Shown: piece after piece, positions 27,860 to 36,467 of the stretch
Position numbering within the stretch: position 1 is the first letter of the stretch
How the letters are laid out: each line of letters opens with the position of its first letter
Assembly: GCA_030832185.1 (NCBI GenBank)
Contig: JAURJQ010000030.1
Span: 53,725 to 117,724, forward strand
DNA length: 64,000 bases
DNA from: Chitinophagales bacterium
GTDB taxonomy: Bacteria > Bacteroidota > Bacteroidia > Chitinophagales > JADJOU01
Reading direction: 5' to 3'
The notes under the pieces: generated by a model
Told to the model about the DNA's origin: nothing
Seen by the model: only the letters and a program-made list of their open reading frames with translations
Databases searched by the model: none
Program-made: the position numbers and the translations under genes

Positions 27860-28948
27860 ATGTATAATAAATATGCCAGATTACTGACTGAATACTGTCT
27901 GGAGGTTAGCCCCGGAGATAAAGTCATGATAAAATCTTCCTACTTAGCTGAGAAATTGCTTTTAGAGCTCTCCCAAGAGATATCTAAAGCAGGTGGTATT
28001 CCATTTTTGGATATAGAGATTCAAGATTTTGATAATGCATGGTTAAAAGAAGCTGGACTTGAGCAGCTCACTTGGGTCAATCCTATGAAGAAATATTGGA
28101 ATGAGAACTTCAATTGCTTTCTCTACATCCGGGCACCGTTTGATACAAAAGATAAGATAGAAGTGCCAATGGATAAGCGCACGGCACATAATGAGGCCTA
28201 CAAAGAGATACGCCAGATATATATGAACCGCACTGGTGATAGATCCATGCGCAGATCGCTCTGCCAGTATCCTACGCCTTTTTCAGCTGCAGAGGCAGGT
28301 ATGAGTTTCCAGGAATATGAAAAATTTGTGTTCGATGCCTGTAACCTCTTTGACGAAGACCCCATTCAGACATGGAGAACATTTGGCAAAAATCAACAGA
28401 AAGTAGTAGACTATCTCAATGGCAAAACTCAATTTAGATATCTAGGCTCGAATTGCGATTTGACTTTTTATACTCATGGGAGAATCTGGATTAATTCGGA
28501 CGGCAAGACTAATATGCCTTCAGGAGAAGTCTATACAGCCCCGGAAGATCATAGCATGAATGGCTGGGTAAAATATACACTCCCATCTCTATATATGGGG
28601 GAGACAGTCAATGAAATAGAACTTGAAATAAAAGATGGCTATATTGAAAAGTGGAAATCAAAAGATAATACTGAATTTCTAAATAAGATATTTGAAGTAC
28701 CAGGAGCTAGACGATTTGGAGAGGCAGCCATTGGCACGAATTATAAGATCCAGCAAATAACCCGTAATATTCTTTTTGATGAAAAGATAGGTGGGACTAT
28801 ACACCTCGCTATCGGGGACGCATATAAGCAGTGTAATGGTATCAACGAAAGTACCGTGCATTGGGATATGATTACCGATATGAATGAAGGGGAAATCTAT
28901 GCAGATGGAGAGTTGTGTTATAAAAATGGTCAATTTATAGTAGATTAA
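27860..28948 (+). CDS. M29-family aminopeptidase (AmpS/PepS-like)
   Basis: 362 aa. NMPSGEVYTAPE, GEAAIGTN and HWDM motifs are typical of thermophilic-metalloprotease M29. Confidence 0.8.
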   Translation: MYNKYARLLTEYCLEVSPGDKVMIKSSYLAEKLLLELSQEISKAGGIPFLDIEIQDFDNAWLKEAGLEQLTWVNPMKKYWNENFNCFLYIRAPFDTKDKIEVPMDKRTAHNEAYKEIRQIYMNRTGDRSMRRSLCQYPTPFSAAEAGMSFQEYEKFVFDACNLFDEDPIQTWRTFGKNQQKVVDYLNGKTQFRYLGSNCDLTFYTHGRIWINSDGKTNMPSGEVYTAPEDHSMNGWVKYTLPSLYMGETVNEIELEIKDGYIEKWKSKDNTEFLNKIFEVPGARRFGEAAIGTNYKIQQITRNILFDEKIGGTIHLAIGDAYKQCNGINESTVHWDMITDMNEGEIYADGELCYKNGQFIVD

Positions 28949-28949
28949 C

Positions 28950-29357
28950 ATGCAGGGGATATTAGATAGAGAATTTATTGAGCGTATCGCTAAATTCGGA
29001 ATGGTAGGTTTACTATGCTTTTTTATAGATTTTGGCCTTACCTATCTCTTCAAGGAAAAATTAAAATTTAACAAGTTTACTGCCAATGCTATAGGTTTTT
29101 TATTTAGTGTAGTTATCAATTTTACTCTCAATAGAATTTGGACCTTCCACTCAAATACAGCCGATATTGAGCTTCAATTTATGAAGTTTATATCTATCGC
29201 TAGTTTCGCACTGATTATAAATAGCGTCATTATTTATATTCTCAATGTCAAGATTCGTTTTAATTTCTATCTCAGTAAATTGATTGCAGTATTTATCGTA
29301 ATGTTTTATAATTATTCTATGAATGCATTATTTACCTTTACTAGCTCCGCTCCATAG
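28950..29357 (+). CDS. GtrA-family membrane protein
   Basis: 135 aa with 4 TM helices. The N-terminus KFGMVGLLCFFIDFGLTYLF and NRIWTF are GtrA-like. Confidence 0.7.
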   Translation: MQGILDREFIERIAKFGMVGLLCFFIDFGLTYLFKEKLKFNKFTANAIGFLFSVVINFTLNRIWTFHSNTADIELQFMKFISIASFALIINSVIIYILNVKIRFNFYLSKLIAVFIVMFYNYSMNALFTFTSSAP

Positions 29358-29359
29358 TT

Positions 29360-29932
29360 GTGATTGCTCTATTTTTTGGTTCGTTCAATCCTATTCATAT
29401 TGGTCATCTCATTATAGCAGATGCCGTATTGCTTGAAAAAAGTATTAAAAAGGTCTGGTTTGTAGTAAGCCCGCAGAATCCATTTAAGTCTAAGGAAAGC
29501 CTTTTAGCAGAAAGCGCCCGCTATTATTTGACTCAATTAGCGACAGAAGATCATCCAGATTTTTTTGTTTCCAATATAGAGTTTAATCTGCCTAAGCCAA
29601 GTTATACAATTGATACCTTAACACACTTAAAAGAAAAGTATCCAAAGAAAGAATTCTGCCTGCTACTTGGGGGAGATAATTTGGAGCACCTAGAAAAGTG
29701 GAAAAATTATGAGCAGATACTGAGTGACTATAAATTATATGTCTATAGAAGGCCAAAGTCAGATAATACGAGCACTCCTATACACCCAAATATTCACTTT
29801 CTGGATGTACCACTTATGGATATATCATCCACAGCTATCCGCCAGCGGTTGAGCCACAGGCAGTCTGTAAAATACCTGCTTCCCGATAAGGTCAGAGAAG
29901 AAATCGAGAAAGCAAGGTACTATAAAGCTTAA
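29360..29932 (+). CDS. nadD: Nicotinate-nucleotide adenylyltransferase
   Basis: FGSFNPIHIGH (HxGH) and ISSTAIR motifs. The start is GTG. Confidence 0.9.
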   Translation: MIALFFGSFNPIHIGHLIIADAVLLEKSIKKVWFVVSPQNPFKSKESLLAESARYYLTQLATEDHPDFFVSNIEFNLPKPSYTIDTLTHLKEKYPKKEFCLLLGGDNLEHLEKWKNYEQILSDYKLYVYRRPKSDNTSTPIHPNIHFLDVPLMDISSTAIRQRLSHRQSVKYLLPDKVREEIEKARYYKA

Positions 29933-30326
29933 TTGTTAAATGGGCAGTTGTTGGTTCGCTAGTCGTTAATTTTGAATTAGGAGCTGTGAATAAGATTTTA
30001 TATTCATCATTTTTTTTCAACCTATTTATTCATATTCAATAAAAAATTATGAAAATGTAAACTTTGCTATCTGCGAAATCATATTGGGTTTTGCCAAGTA
30101 AATGAATAGTTGATGACTTGTAAAAACCTATTTAGACTCTTAGTTTAAAAGTTGTTCCATTTATTAAATAGAATATAGATTAAATAGTTTGGGTAATAAT
30201 CCTTTGTTAGAGTTAGTTTTGATCAATTATTTATTCTATTCGGCACTGTTCTTAAAAAATTATGTTAAAGAGGGAGATAGAAAGGTCGCTCTTTTATTCA
30301 TTTTTTGAATGATAAAAAAAATCGGC

Positions 30327-30334
30327 TACATTTG
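30327..30334 (+). promoter_or_regulatory. Candidate -7 box for metF
   Basis: TACATTTG lies 20 nt upstream of the ATG at 30355. Confidence 0.4.
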
Positions 30335-30354
30335 TCATTTAGATTAATGTAAGA

Positions 30355-31305
30355 ATGAAAATCACAGACAAATTAGATGCAGCGAAAGGGGAAACACTTT
30401 TTTCTCTTGAAATTTTGCCTCCACAAAAGGGAAAAAAAATCAATGATTTGTTTTCCGTATTAGATCCATTAATGGAGTTTAAGCCTGCTTTTGTCGATGT
30501 GACATATCATCCAGAGGAAATGATTTATAAAAGAAGGCCAGATGGGCTAATTGAGGAGGCTCCGCTGCGTCCTAGACCAGGCACTGTAGGTATCTGCGCA
30601 GCAATTTCGTATAAATATAATGTGGAAACGGTTCCTCACCTAGTTTGTGTAGGTTTTAGTAAAGAAGAAACAGAAGATGCACTTTTCTCTCTCTGCTACC
30701 AAGGGATTGAGAATGTTATGGTGCTGAAAGGGGATGAAAAAAACCACCTTAAAATAGGAAAAACAAACCAACATAAATATGCCAGTGAATTGGTAGATCA
30801 GGTGGCTAATATGAATAAAGGGAAGTTTCTGCACGAAGAGACCCTTAATGAGATGGAAACTGACTTCTGTATAGGAGTAGCTGGTTATCCAGAAAAGCAT
30901 TTCGAAGCACCCAATATGAATACTGATCTTAAGTGGCTGAAAAATAAAGTAGACCTAGGAGCAGACTATATTATTACCCAAATGTTTTTTGATAACAAAA
31001 AGTACTTCGATTTTGTAGATAAATGTAGAAAGATAGGAATTAATGTGCCTATCATTCCAGGGCTGAAGCCTATTGATGCAAAGTATCAACTGAAGTCTAT
31101 TCCCTCCCGGTTTTTCCTGGAGATACCAGACGAGCTCACCAAAGAGGTGGAGAAGTGCAAAACAATATCGGATGTGAAGCAGGTAGGTGAGGAGTGGTGC
31201 ATTATGCAGAGTAAAGAACTAAAAGCCGCTGGAGTGCCAGCTCTGCATTATTATACAATGAGTAAATCGGATGGTGTGGTTAATATAGCCAAGGCAGTTT
31301 TATAA
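30355..31305 (+). CDS. metF: Methylenetetrahydrofolate reductase
   Basis: 316 aa. FSLEILPP, FVDVTYH, GYPEKH and DYIITQMFFD are characteristic. Confidence 0.9.
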   Translation: MKITDKLDAAKGETLFSLEILPPQKGKKINDLFSVLDPLMEFKPAFVDVTYHPEEMIYKRRPDGLIEEAPLRPRPGTVGICAAISYKYNVETVPHLVCVGFSKEETEDALFSLCYQGIENVMVLKGDEKNHLKIGKTNQHKYASELVDQVANMNKGKFLHEETLNEMETDFCIGVAGYPEKHFEAPNMNTDLKWLKNKVDLGADYIITQMFFDNKKYFDFVDKCRKIGINVPIIPGLKPIDAKYQLKSIPSRFFLEIPDELTKEVEKCKTISDVKQVGEEWCIMQSKELKAAGVPALHYYTMSKSDGVVNIAKAVL

Positions 31306-31316
31306 AATTTTAATCT

Positions 31317-31886
31317 TTGAAATTTTTAATTGTAGCTCTCGGAAATATCGGCGTGGAGTATTCGTTTACTCGGCACAATGTAGGCTTTCTGTTAGCTGAC
31401 AGGATGGCTAGTAAATACAATTTCAGTTTTAAAAATGACCGCTATGCTGATGTGGCTGAATTTAGATTGAAAAATAAAAAGGTGACAATTATTAAGCCGA
31501 CAACTTATATGAATTTGAGTGGCAAACCCTATAAATATTGGTTGGATAAATTAGAAATTCAGAAAGAGCATTCCATAGCGGTGGTAGATGAATTAGCATT
31601 GCCTTATGGGCAGATAAGAATTAAAACAAGCGGCAGCAGTGGAGGCCATAATGGACTGACCAATATTGAGCAGGAGCTCCAAACAGGACAATATCCTAGA
31701 CTTAGGTTCGGGATAGGAAATGATTTTCATAAAGGAGGTCAAGTGGATTATGTACTGGGAAAATGGTCAGATGAAGAGCTTAAATTTCTTCCAGAATATC
31801 TTGATCATGCTATCTTAGCTCTTGAAGAATGTATCTTAGCAGGGTTTCCATTAGCTATGAGTAAGTATAATCAGAAAAAATCATGA
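31317..31886 (+). CDS. pth: Peptidyl-tRNA hydrolase
   Basis: LIVALGNIGVEYSFTRHNVGF and GGHNGL. The start is TTG. Confidence 0.9.
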   Translation: MKFLIVALGNIGVEYSFTRHNVGFLLADRMASKYNFSFKNDRYADVAEFRLKNKKVTIIKPTTYMNLSGKPYKYWLDKLEIQKEHSIAVVDELALPYGQIRIKTSGSSGGHNGLTNIEQELQTGQYPRLRFGIGNDFHKGGQVDYVLGKWSDEELKFLPEYLDHAILALEECILAGFPLAMSKYNQKKS

Positions 31887-32650
31887 GTCAGCCATCAGAA
31901 AATAATGTTTTTGAAATAGCCCTACCTCAGTTCAAAGGCCCATTTGATTTATTGTTGTTTTTTATAGAGCGGGACGAACTGGACATCTATGATATTCCTA
32001 TTCATAATATTACAGCCGATTTTTTAGATTATATCCACAAGATGAGGGAGTTTAATATAGAGGTAGCTAGTGAGTTTATTCTAGTAGCCGCTACCCTCAT
32101 GAAAATCAAAGCCCAGATGCTGCTGCCGAGAAAACAACTAGATGAAGATGGGAATGAGATAGATCCGCGTAAAGAGTTAATTCAAAAAATACTAGAGTAT
32201 AAGAAGTATAAGGAAATCAGTGACTATTTGCATAATCTAGAAGAGAAACAATATCACAAAGTTAAGCGCACAGCTGCCGCTGATGAACTCAAAGAAATAG
32301 CAGATCTGCATCGCACGGAGCTAGAAATGGAGAATGTGAATGTATCCAAACTTTTTAAAGTTTTCGAAAAACTACTGCAGCAGAAAAGACTTCGTGAGGA
32401 CGATACTACCCATCAAATAGCCTTTGTTAAATATAATATGATAGAGGAAAAGGAATCTATTCTCCAAAAGCTAGTTAGTAAAGGTAAGATAGAATTTGAA
32501 CAATTATTTTCGACCATAGATACGAGGCTACATGCTATTTATCATTTCTTATCTATACTTGAATTAGTGCAGGAGGCCAGAATCACTATCATTATCGGAG
32601 AAGGCATGAATAGTTTTTGGATTAGCTTGAAAACGACGGATGAAGCATAA
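31883..32650 (+). CDS. scpA: Segregation and condensation protein A
   Basis: FKGPFDLLLFFIERDELDIYDIPI and the C-terminal winged-helix region. ATGA overlap with pth. Confidence 0.85.
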   Translation: MSQPSENNVFEIALPQFKGPFDLLLFFIERDELDIYDIPIHNITADFLDYIHKMREFNIEVASEFILVAATLMKIKAQMLLPRKQLDEDGNEIDPRKELIQKILEYKKYKEISDYLHNLEEKQYHKVKRTAAADELKEIADLHRTELEMENVNVSKLFKVFEKLLQQKRLREDDTTHQIAFVKYNMIEEKESILQKLVSKGKIEFEQLFSTIDTRLHAIYHFLSILELVQEARITIIIGEGMNSFWISLKTTDEA

Positions 32651-33722
32651 TAAGCCCTTTAGTGCTAAAAAATTACTGTTTTATTTTCTTATAATATTCT
32701 TTATAGGCTATTTTTTTACTAAGAATACTATAGACTTTAGTCAGCTCTTATCTCTCCAATGGACTAGCTTGATGCTAAAAGGGGTCGCTTTGTCTGCTTT
32801 CATGCTAATGCTTAGAGATTTGGGTTATGTACTTCGTCTACAATTATTGACGGACCATAAGCTCAGTTTTAGAGAGAGTCTTAAGATTATTCTTCTCTGG
32901 GAGTTTGGTTCAGCCATCACTCCTGGTATGATTGGCGGCAAAGCGGCAGCTATTTTTCTATTGATAAAAAATAAAATCAGCGCAGCCAAAGCTTCTTCTA
33001 TTGTATTAATGGCGATCTTATTAGATGAGTTTGTTTTTATCCTCATTTTTCCTATCTTCTATTTTCTATACGGAAGACAGATGTTTCAACTTGGTACCCA
33101 ATGCCCAGATTGGTTAGCGCTTAAGGCAAAACTTCCTTGGGTAGAGAATATCCGTTATCTGGAGTATACCGTAATATTGATGCTTATCTTTATTCTAGTA
33201 TTTGTTATGGTGGTCTTTATAGGAATATTTATTTATCCTAGCTGGATTCGCCAATTGATAAAAACCTTGGGACGACTTCCATTATTGAAAAAATGGCGCA
33301 TAGGCTTCGATGATTTTGCGAATGAAATACACCATACGAGTATTCATATTCGTACTAAGAAAACTACATTTTGGATACGTTTATGCTTATACACGCTCAT
33401 GTCATGGGCAGGAAGATATCTCGTAGGTGTTGCTATTGTTTACGGATTTAGCACAGGCAGTATGGACTGGCTCTATGTCTATGTGAAGCAGTATGCACTC
33501 TGGCTCATGTTCTACCTGCCCTCTACGCCTGGAAGCAGCGGTATAGCAGAAGCACTCTATATGGCCTTTTACTGTGAGAGTATTACGCCAGGTATGAGCG
33601 GCACTGCAGCTTTTATATGGCGATTTATGAGCTACTACGTCTATCTTTTTATCGGAGTCCTTGTTTTATCTTTCGGTAGAAATGGAGACATGTTGATTAG
33701 AAGCGATGCAAACGAAAATTAA
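32640..33722 (+). CDS. UPF0104 / lysylphosphatidylglycerol-synthase-TM-region-like flippase-type membrane protein
   Basis: 360 aa with ~8 TM helices and a PSTPGSSGIAE motif. Confidence 0.6.
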   Translation: MKHNKPFSAKKLLFYFLIIFFIGYFFTKNTIDFSQLLSLQWTSLMLKGVALSAFMLMLRDLGYVLRLQLLTDHKLSFRESLKIILLWEFGSAITPGMIGGKAAAIFLLIKNKISAAKASSIVLMAILLDEFVFILIFPIFYFLYGRQMFQLGTQCPDWLALKAKLPWVENIRYLEYTVILMLIFILVFVMVVFIGIFIYPSWIRQLIKTLGRLPLLKKWRIGFDDFANEIHHTSIHIRTKKTTFWIRLCLYTLMSWAGRYLVGVAIVYGFSTGSMDWLYVYVKQYALWLMFYLPSTPGSSGIAEALYMAFYCESITPGMSGTAAFIWRFMSYYVYLFIGVLVLSFGRNGDMLIRSDANEN

Positions 33723-33849
33723 ATATGCTAATAAAGTAACTCAAAAGTGGGTTTCAGTCTAATCAAGATGAGAAATTTAGTATTAAAAGAGAACTATTTT
33801 TTTTGATATTAAAATAATTATTTATCTTTACCTATATAAATTTAAAAAT

Positions 33850-34035
33850 ATGTTTAACAAGTTTACAATTGCGGACAAGCTTCTTTTTTTAGCAGCTTTT
33901 TCGTCTCTTATTTTTTCAGAAATCCTCTATTTTAAAGGTGAGAAAGCGGACGCTACCTTTATGGGTATGTGGGTTCCATCTATTTTAGCTTTCGGGATTT
34001 ATTTAAAACTAATAAACGATTCAAAAAATGGTTGA
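33850..34035 (+). CDS. Small two-TM membrane protein (hypothetical)
   Basis: 61 aa with two hydrophobic helices. No family recognised. Confidence 0.4.
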   Translation: MFNKFTIADKLLFLAAFSSLIFSEILYFKGEKADATFMGMWVPSILAFGIYLKLINDSKNG

Positions 34036-34126
34036 TTTAATACCTTATTTTGCTGGTTTCATAACTCTACTTTTCAGTGCAGCTTTTGCTTATTCAATAA
34101 CTCAAGTAAGAAAAGATAAAGATTAA
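34028..34126 (+). CDS. Possible 32-aa single-TM peptide overlapping the stop of the previous ORF
   Basis: The ATG at 34028 overlaps the stop of the previous ORF by 8 nt. It encodes MVDLIPYFAGFITLLFSAAFAYSITQVRKDKD and is not in the ORF track (<60 aa). Confidence 0.25.
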   Translation: MVDLIPYFAGFITLLFSAAFAYSITQVRKDKD

Positions 34127-34369
34127 TGACTTATCGATATCTAAAAATGTTATAAACGTATTTTTTGGATTTACAACATTATTGATTAGTAAATAACCTA
34201 AAAAAGCAATTAGAAACATCTTATATTTAAGAATTTTCTTATCCATGACTTTGTCGTGAATAAAATAATGGATAATTTAAATAACGACAGCTATAGTGTC
34301 AAAAATCTAAGTTCAAACCATAATAAATTTCTAGATTAGAAACATTTAATATGTTTATTAAAGTATAAA

Positions 34370-35086
34370 ATGTCGCGTATTTTTATATCAGCCTTGTGGG
34401 AAGACATAATTATGGCAAATTATGAAATAGATCCTTCGGTTTTAAAACCATTTCTACCAAATGGGGTGGAGTTAGATTTATATAATGAAAAAGCCTATAT
34501 AAGTTTAGTCGGTTTTATGTTTAAAAAAATAAGAATTTTCCGTGTGCCGATTCCATTTTTCGGAAATTTTGAAGAAGTCAATCTTAGGTTTTACGTTAAG
34601 CGAACTGAAAGCGATTATGTAAAGCGTGGAGTAGTATTTATAAATGAAACAGTTCCTTATAAGCCAGTAGCTTGGTTAGCCAATAAATTATATAAGGAGC
34701 ATTATATTTCTATCCCTACGAGAAGCAGCATAAAAGATGAGGAATCAAAACGAAAGATAAAATATGAGTGGGAAAAGAATGGTAATTGGAACTATATAGT
34801 TGCTGAAACGTCCAAGGAATCAGAACTTATGGCTAATAATAGTATTGAAGAGTTCATTTTCGAGCATTATTATGGCTATACCAAGGTTGATAGCTTAAAT
34901 ACCATTGAATATAATGTCAATCATCCACGGTGGCGTATAAGAAAAGTTATCGATAGTTCTTTTGATTGTGATTTTAAAGCCATGTATGGAAGTGACTTTT
35001 CATTTCTTAACGAACAGAAACCAAATTCTGTAATTGCAGCAGAAGGCTCAGCAGTATCTATTGGTTGGCAGAGGACTTATTTTTAA
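34370..35086 (+). CDS. DUF2071-like protein
   Basis: 238 aa. ALWEDIIMANYEIDPSVLKPFLPNGVELDLYNEKAYISLVGFMF and EVNLRFYV fit my recollection of DUF2071 (COG3361). Confidence 0.6.
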   Translation: MSRIFISALWEDIIMANYEIDPSVLKPFLPNGVELDLYNEKAYISLVGFMFKKIRIFRVPIPFFGNFEEVNLRFYVKRTESDYVKRGVVFINETVPYKPVAWLANKLYKEHYISIPTRSSIKDEESKRKIKYEWEKNGNWNYIVAETSKESELMANNSIEEFIFEHYYGYTKVDSLNTIEYNVNHPRWRIRKVIDSSFDCDFKAMYGSDFSFLNEQKPNSVIAAEGSAVSIGWQRTYF

Positions 35087-35096
35087 CAAAAAAATC

Positions 35097-35366
35097 ATGG
35101 ATTATAAAGATAAAGAAAGAATTATAGAAATGGCATGGGAAGATCGAACTCCATTCGAAGCGATTGAGCTGCAGTTTGGTTTGTCAGAATCACTTGTTAT
35201 AAAACTTATGCGCACGGAATTAAAACGCAGAAGTTTTAATCTATGGCGAAGTAGAGTCAATAGTGGGGTTAGTCAAAAGCATGCAAAGAAGCGAAATATA
35301 GAAATAACTCGTTTTAAATGTAGCCGTCAAAAAACTATTTCATCCAATAAGATAAGTAAACGGTGA
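35097..35366 (+). CDS. TIGR03643 / DUF2805-like small protein
   Basis: The ATG at 35097 lies 10 nt after the upstream stop. MDYKDKERIIEMAWEDRTPFEAIELQFGLSESLVIKLMR...LWRSRV is the Trp/Met-rich pattern of that family. Confidence 0.6.
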   Translation: MDYKDKERIIEMAWEDRTPFEAIELQFGLSESLVIKLMRTELKRRSFNLWRSRVNSGVSQKHAKKRNIEITRFKCSRQKTISSNKISKR

Positions 35367-36466
35367 AAGACATCCAATTCACTACAGATTATTTAGTTGT
35401 TTTAGAAAAGATTAATCGTATCGATCCTAAACTTTATAGTAAAACACGCAATTATATTAATGGGGCGGTAACGTATCTTTCGCCATATATTTCTCGTGGT
35501 GTCATAAGTACTAAAATGGTGTTGACAGAAGTTTTAAAAAAAGGATTCACTATTCCGCAAATAGAGGCGTTCGTAAAAGAGCTAGTGTGGAGAGATTATT
35601 TTCAGCGATTAGCACAGGTGCATGATGTCAACTTAGCAATCAAACAGGAACAACATCCTATCGCAAATTATGGTATACCATTGCCTGTGATGAATGCAAG
35701 TACTGGAATTAAAGGCATTGATAATGCAATAGAGGATTTGATTAAAACCGGTTATATGCATAATCATTGTAGAATGTATCTAGCATGTCTAGTTTGCAAT
35801 ATAGCTCAATCGCATTGGCTTCAGCCTGCCAGGTGGCTTTATTATTACCTCTTGGACGGTGATTGGGCCAGCAATGCCTGCAGTTGGCAGTGGGTAGCAG
35901 GTGCTAATAGTTCAAAAAAATACTATGCCAATCAGAATAACATAAATAAGTATACTAAAACGAATCAATCTAATACAATATTGGATCTAGCCTACGGAGA
36001 CTTTGAGGATCTTGTTATTCCTGATTCATTATTGAAAACTGATTCTTTTGGATTGATTACAGAGCTGCCAGAACAAAAAGAAATAAGTATAAGCGATAAC
36101 TTACCTACATTTATTTATAATTATTATAATCTAGACCCTTTATGGCACAGAGGTACATTGGGAAATAGAGTCTTATTATTAGATCCAAATTTTTTTAGCC
36201 AATATCCTATAAGTAAAAAATGTATGGACTTTGTGATAGCCCTGAGTAAGAATATTCCAGATATTCAAATCTATATTGGGTCCTTTCAATCATTCAAAGA
36301 ACAATTTAAAGTGGAATCAATACACTATAAAGAGCATCCACTGAATGAAGGATATATTGGTGTGGAGGAATCACGAGACTGGATAGTGGAGGAGGTGGTA
36401 GGATATTATCCTTCGTTTTTCGCCTACTGGAAAAAGGTTGAAAAGTGTCTAATAAAAATAAATTAG
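35363..36466 (+). CDS. Inverted-topology photolyase homologue (NewPHL-like): FAD-binding helical domain first, alpha/beta domain last
   Basis: The GTG start overlaps the upstream TGA (GTGA). Residues ~25-200 carry YLSPYISRGVIS, WRDYFQ, TGYMHNHCRMYLA and LLDGDWASNACSWQWVAG. The last ~150 aa resemble a photolyase N-terminal-type alpha/beta domain. Confidence 0.65.
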   Translation: MKDIQFTTDYLVVLEKINRIDPKLYSKTRNYINGAVTYLSPYISRGVISTKMVLTEVLKKGFTIPQIEAFVKELVWRDYFQRLAQVHDVNLAIKQEQHPIANYGIPLPVMNASTGIKGIDNAIEDLIKTGYMHNHCRMYLACLVCNIAQSHWLQPARWLYYYLLDGDWASNACSWQWVAGANSSKKYYANQNNINKYTKTNQSNTILDLAYGDFEDLVIPDSLLKTDSFGLITELPEQKEISISDNLPTFIYNYYNLDPLWHRGTLGNRVLLLDPNFFSQYPISKKCMDFVIALSKNIPDIQIYIGSFQSFKEQFKVESIHYKEHPLNEGYIGVEESRDWIVEEVVGYYPSFFAYWKKVEKCLIKIN

Positions 36467-36467
36467 T

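Noticed and set aside
34094-34246. 50-aa minus-strand ORF (MDKKILKYKMFLIAFLGYLL...) in the AT-rich spacer
   Set aside because: It overlaps the plus-strand 32-aa mini-ORF region, has no homology evidence, and open frames of this size are expected by chance. It is left unannotated.
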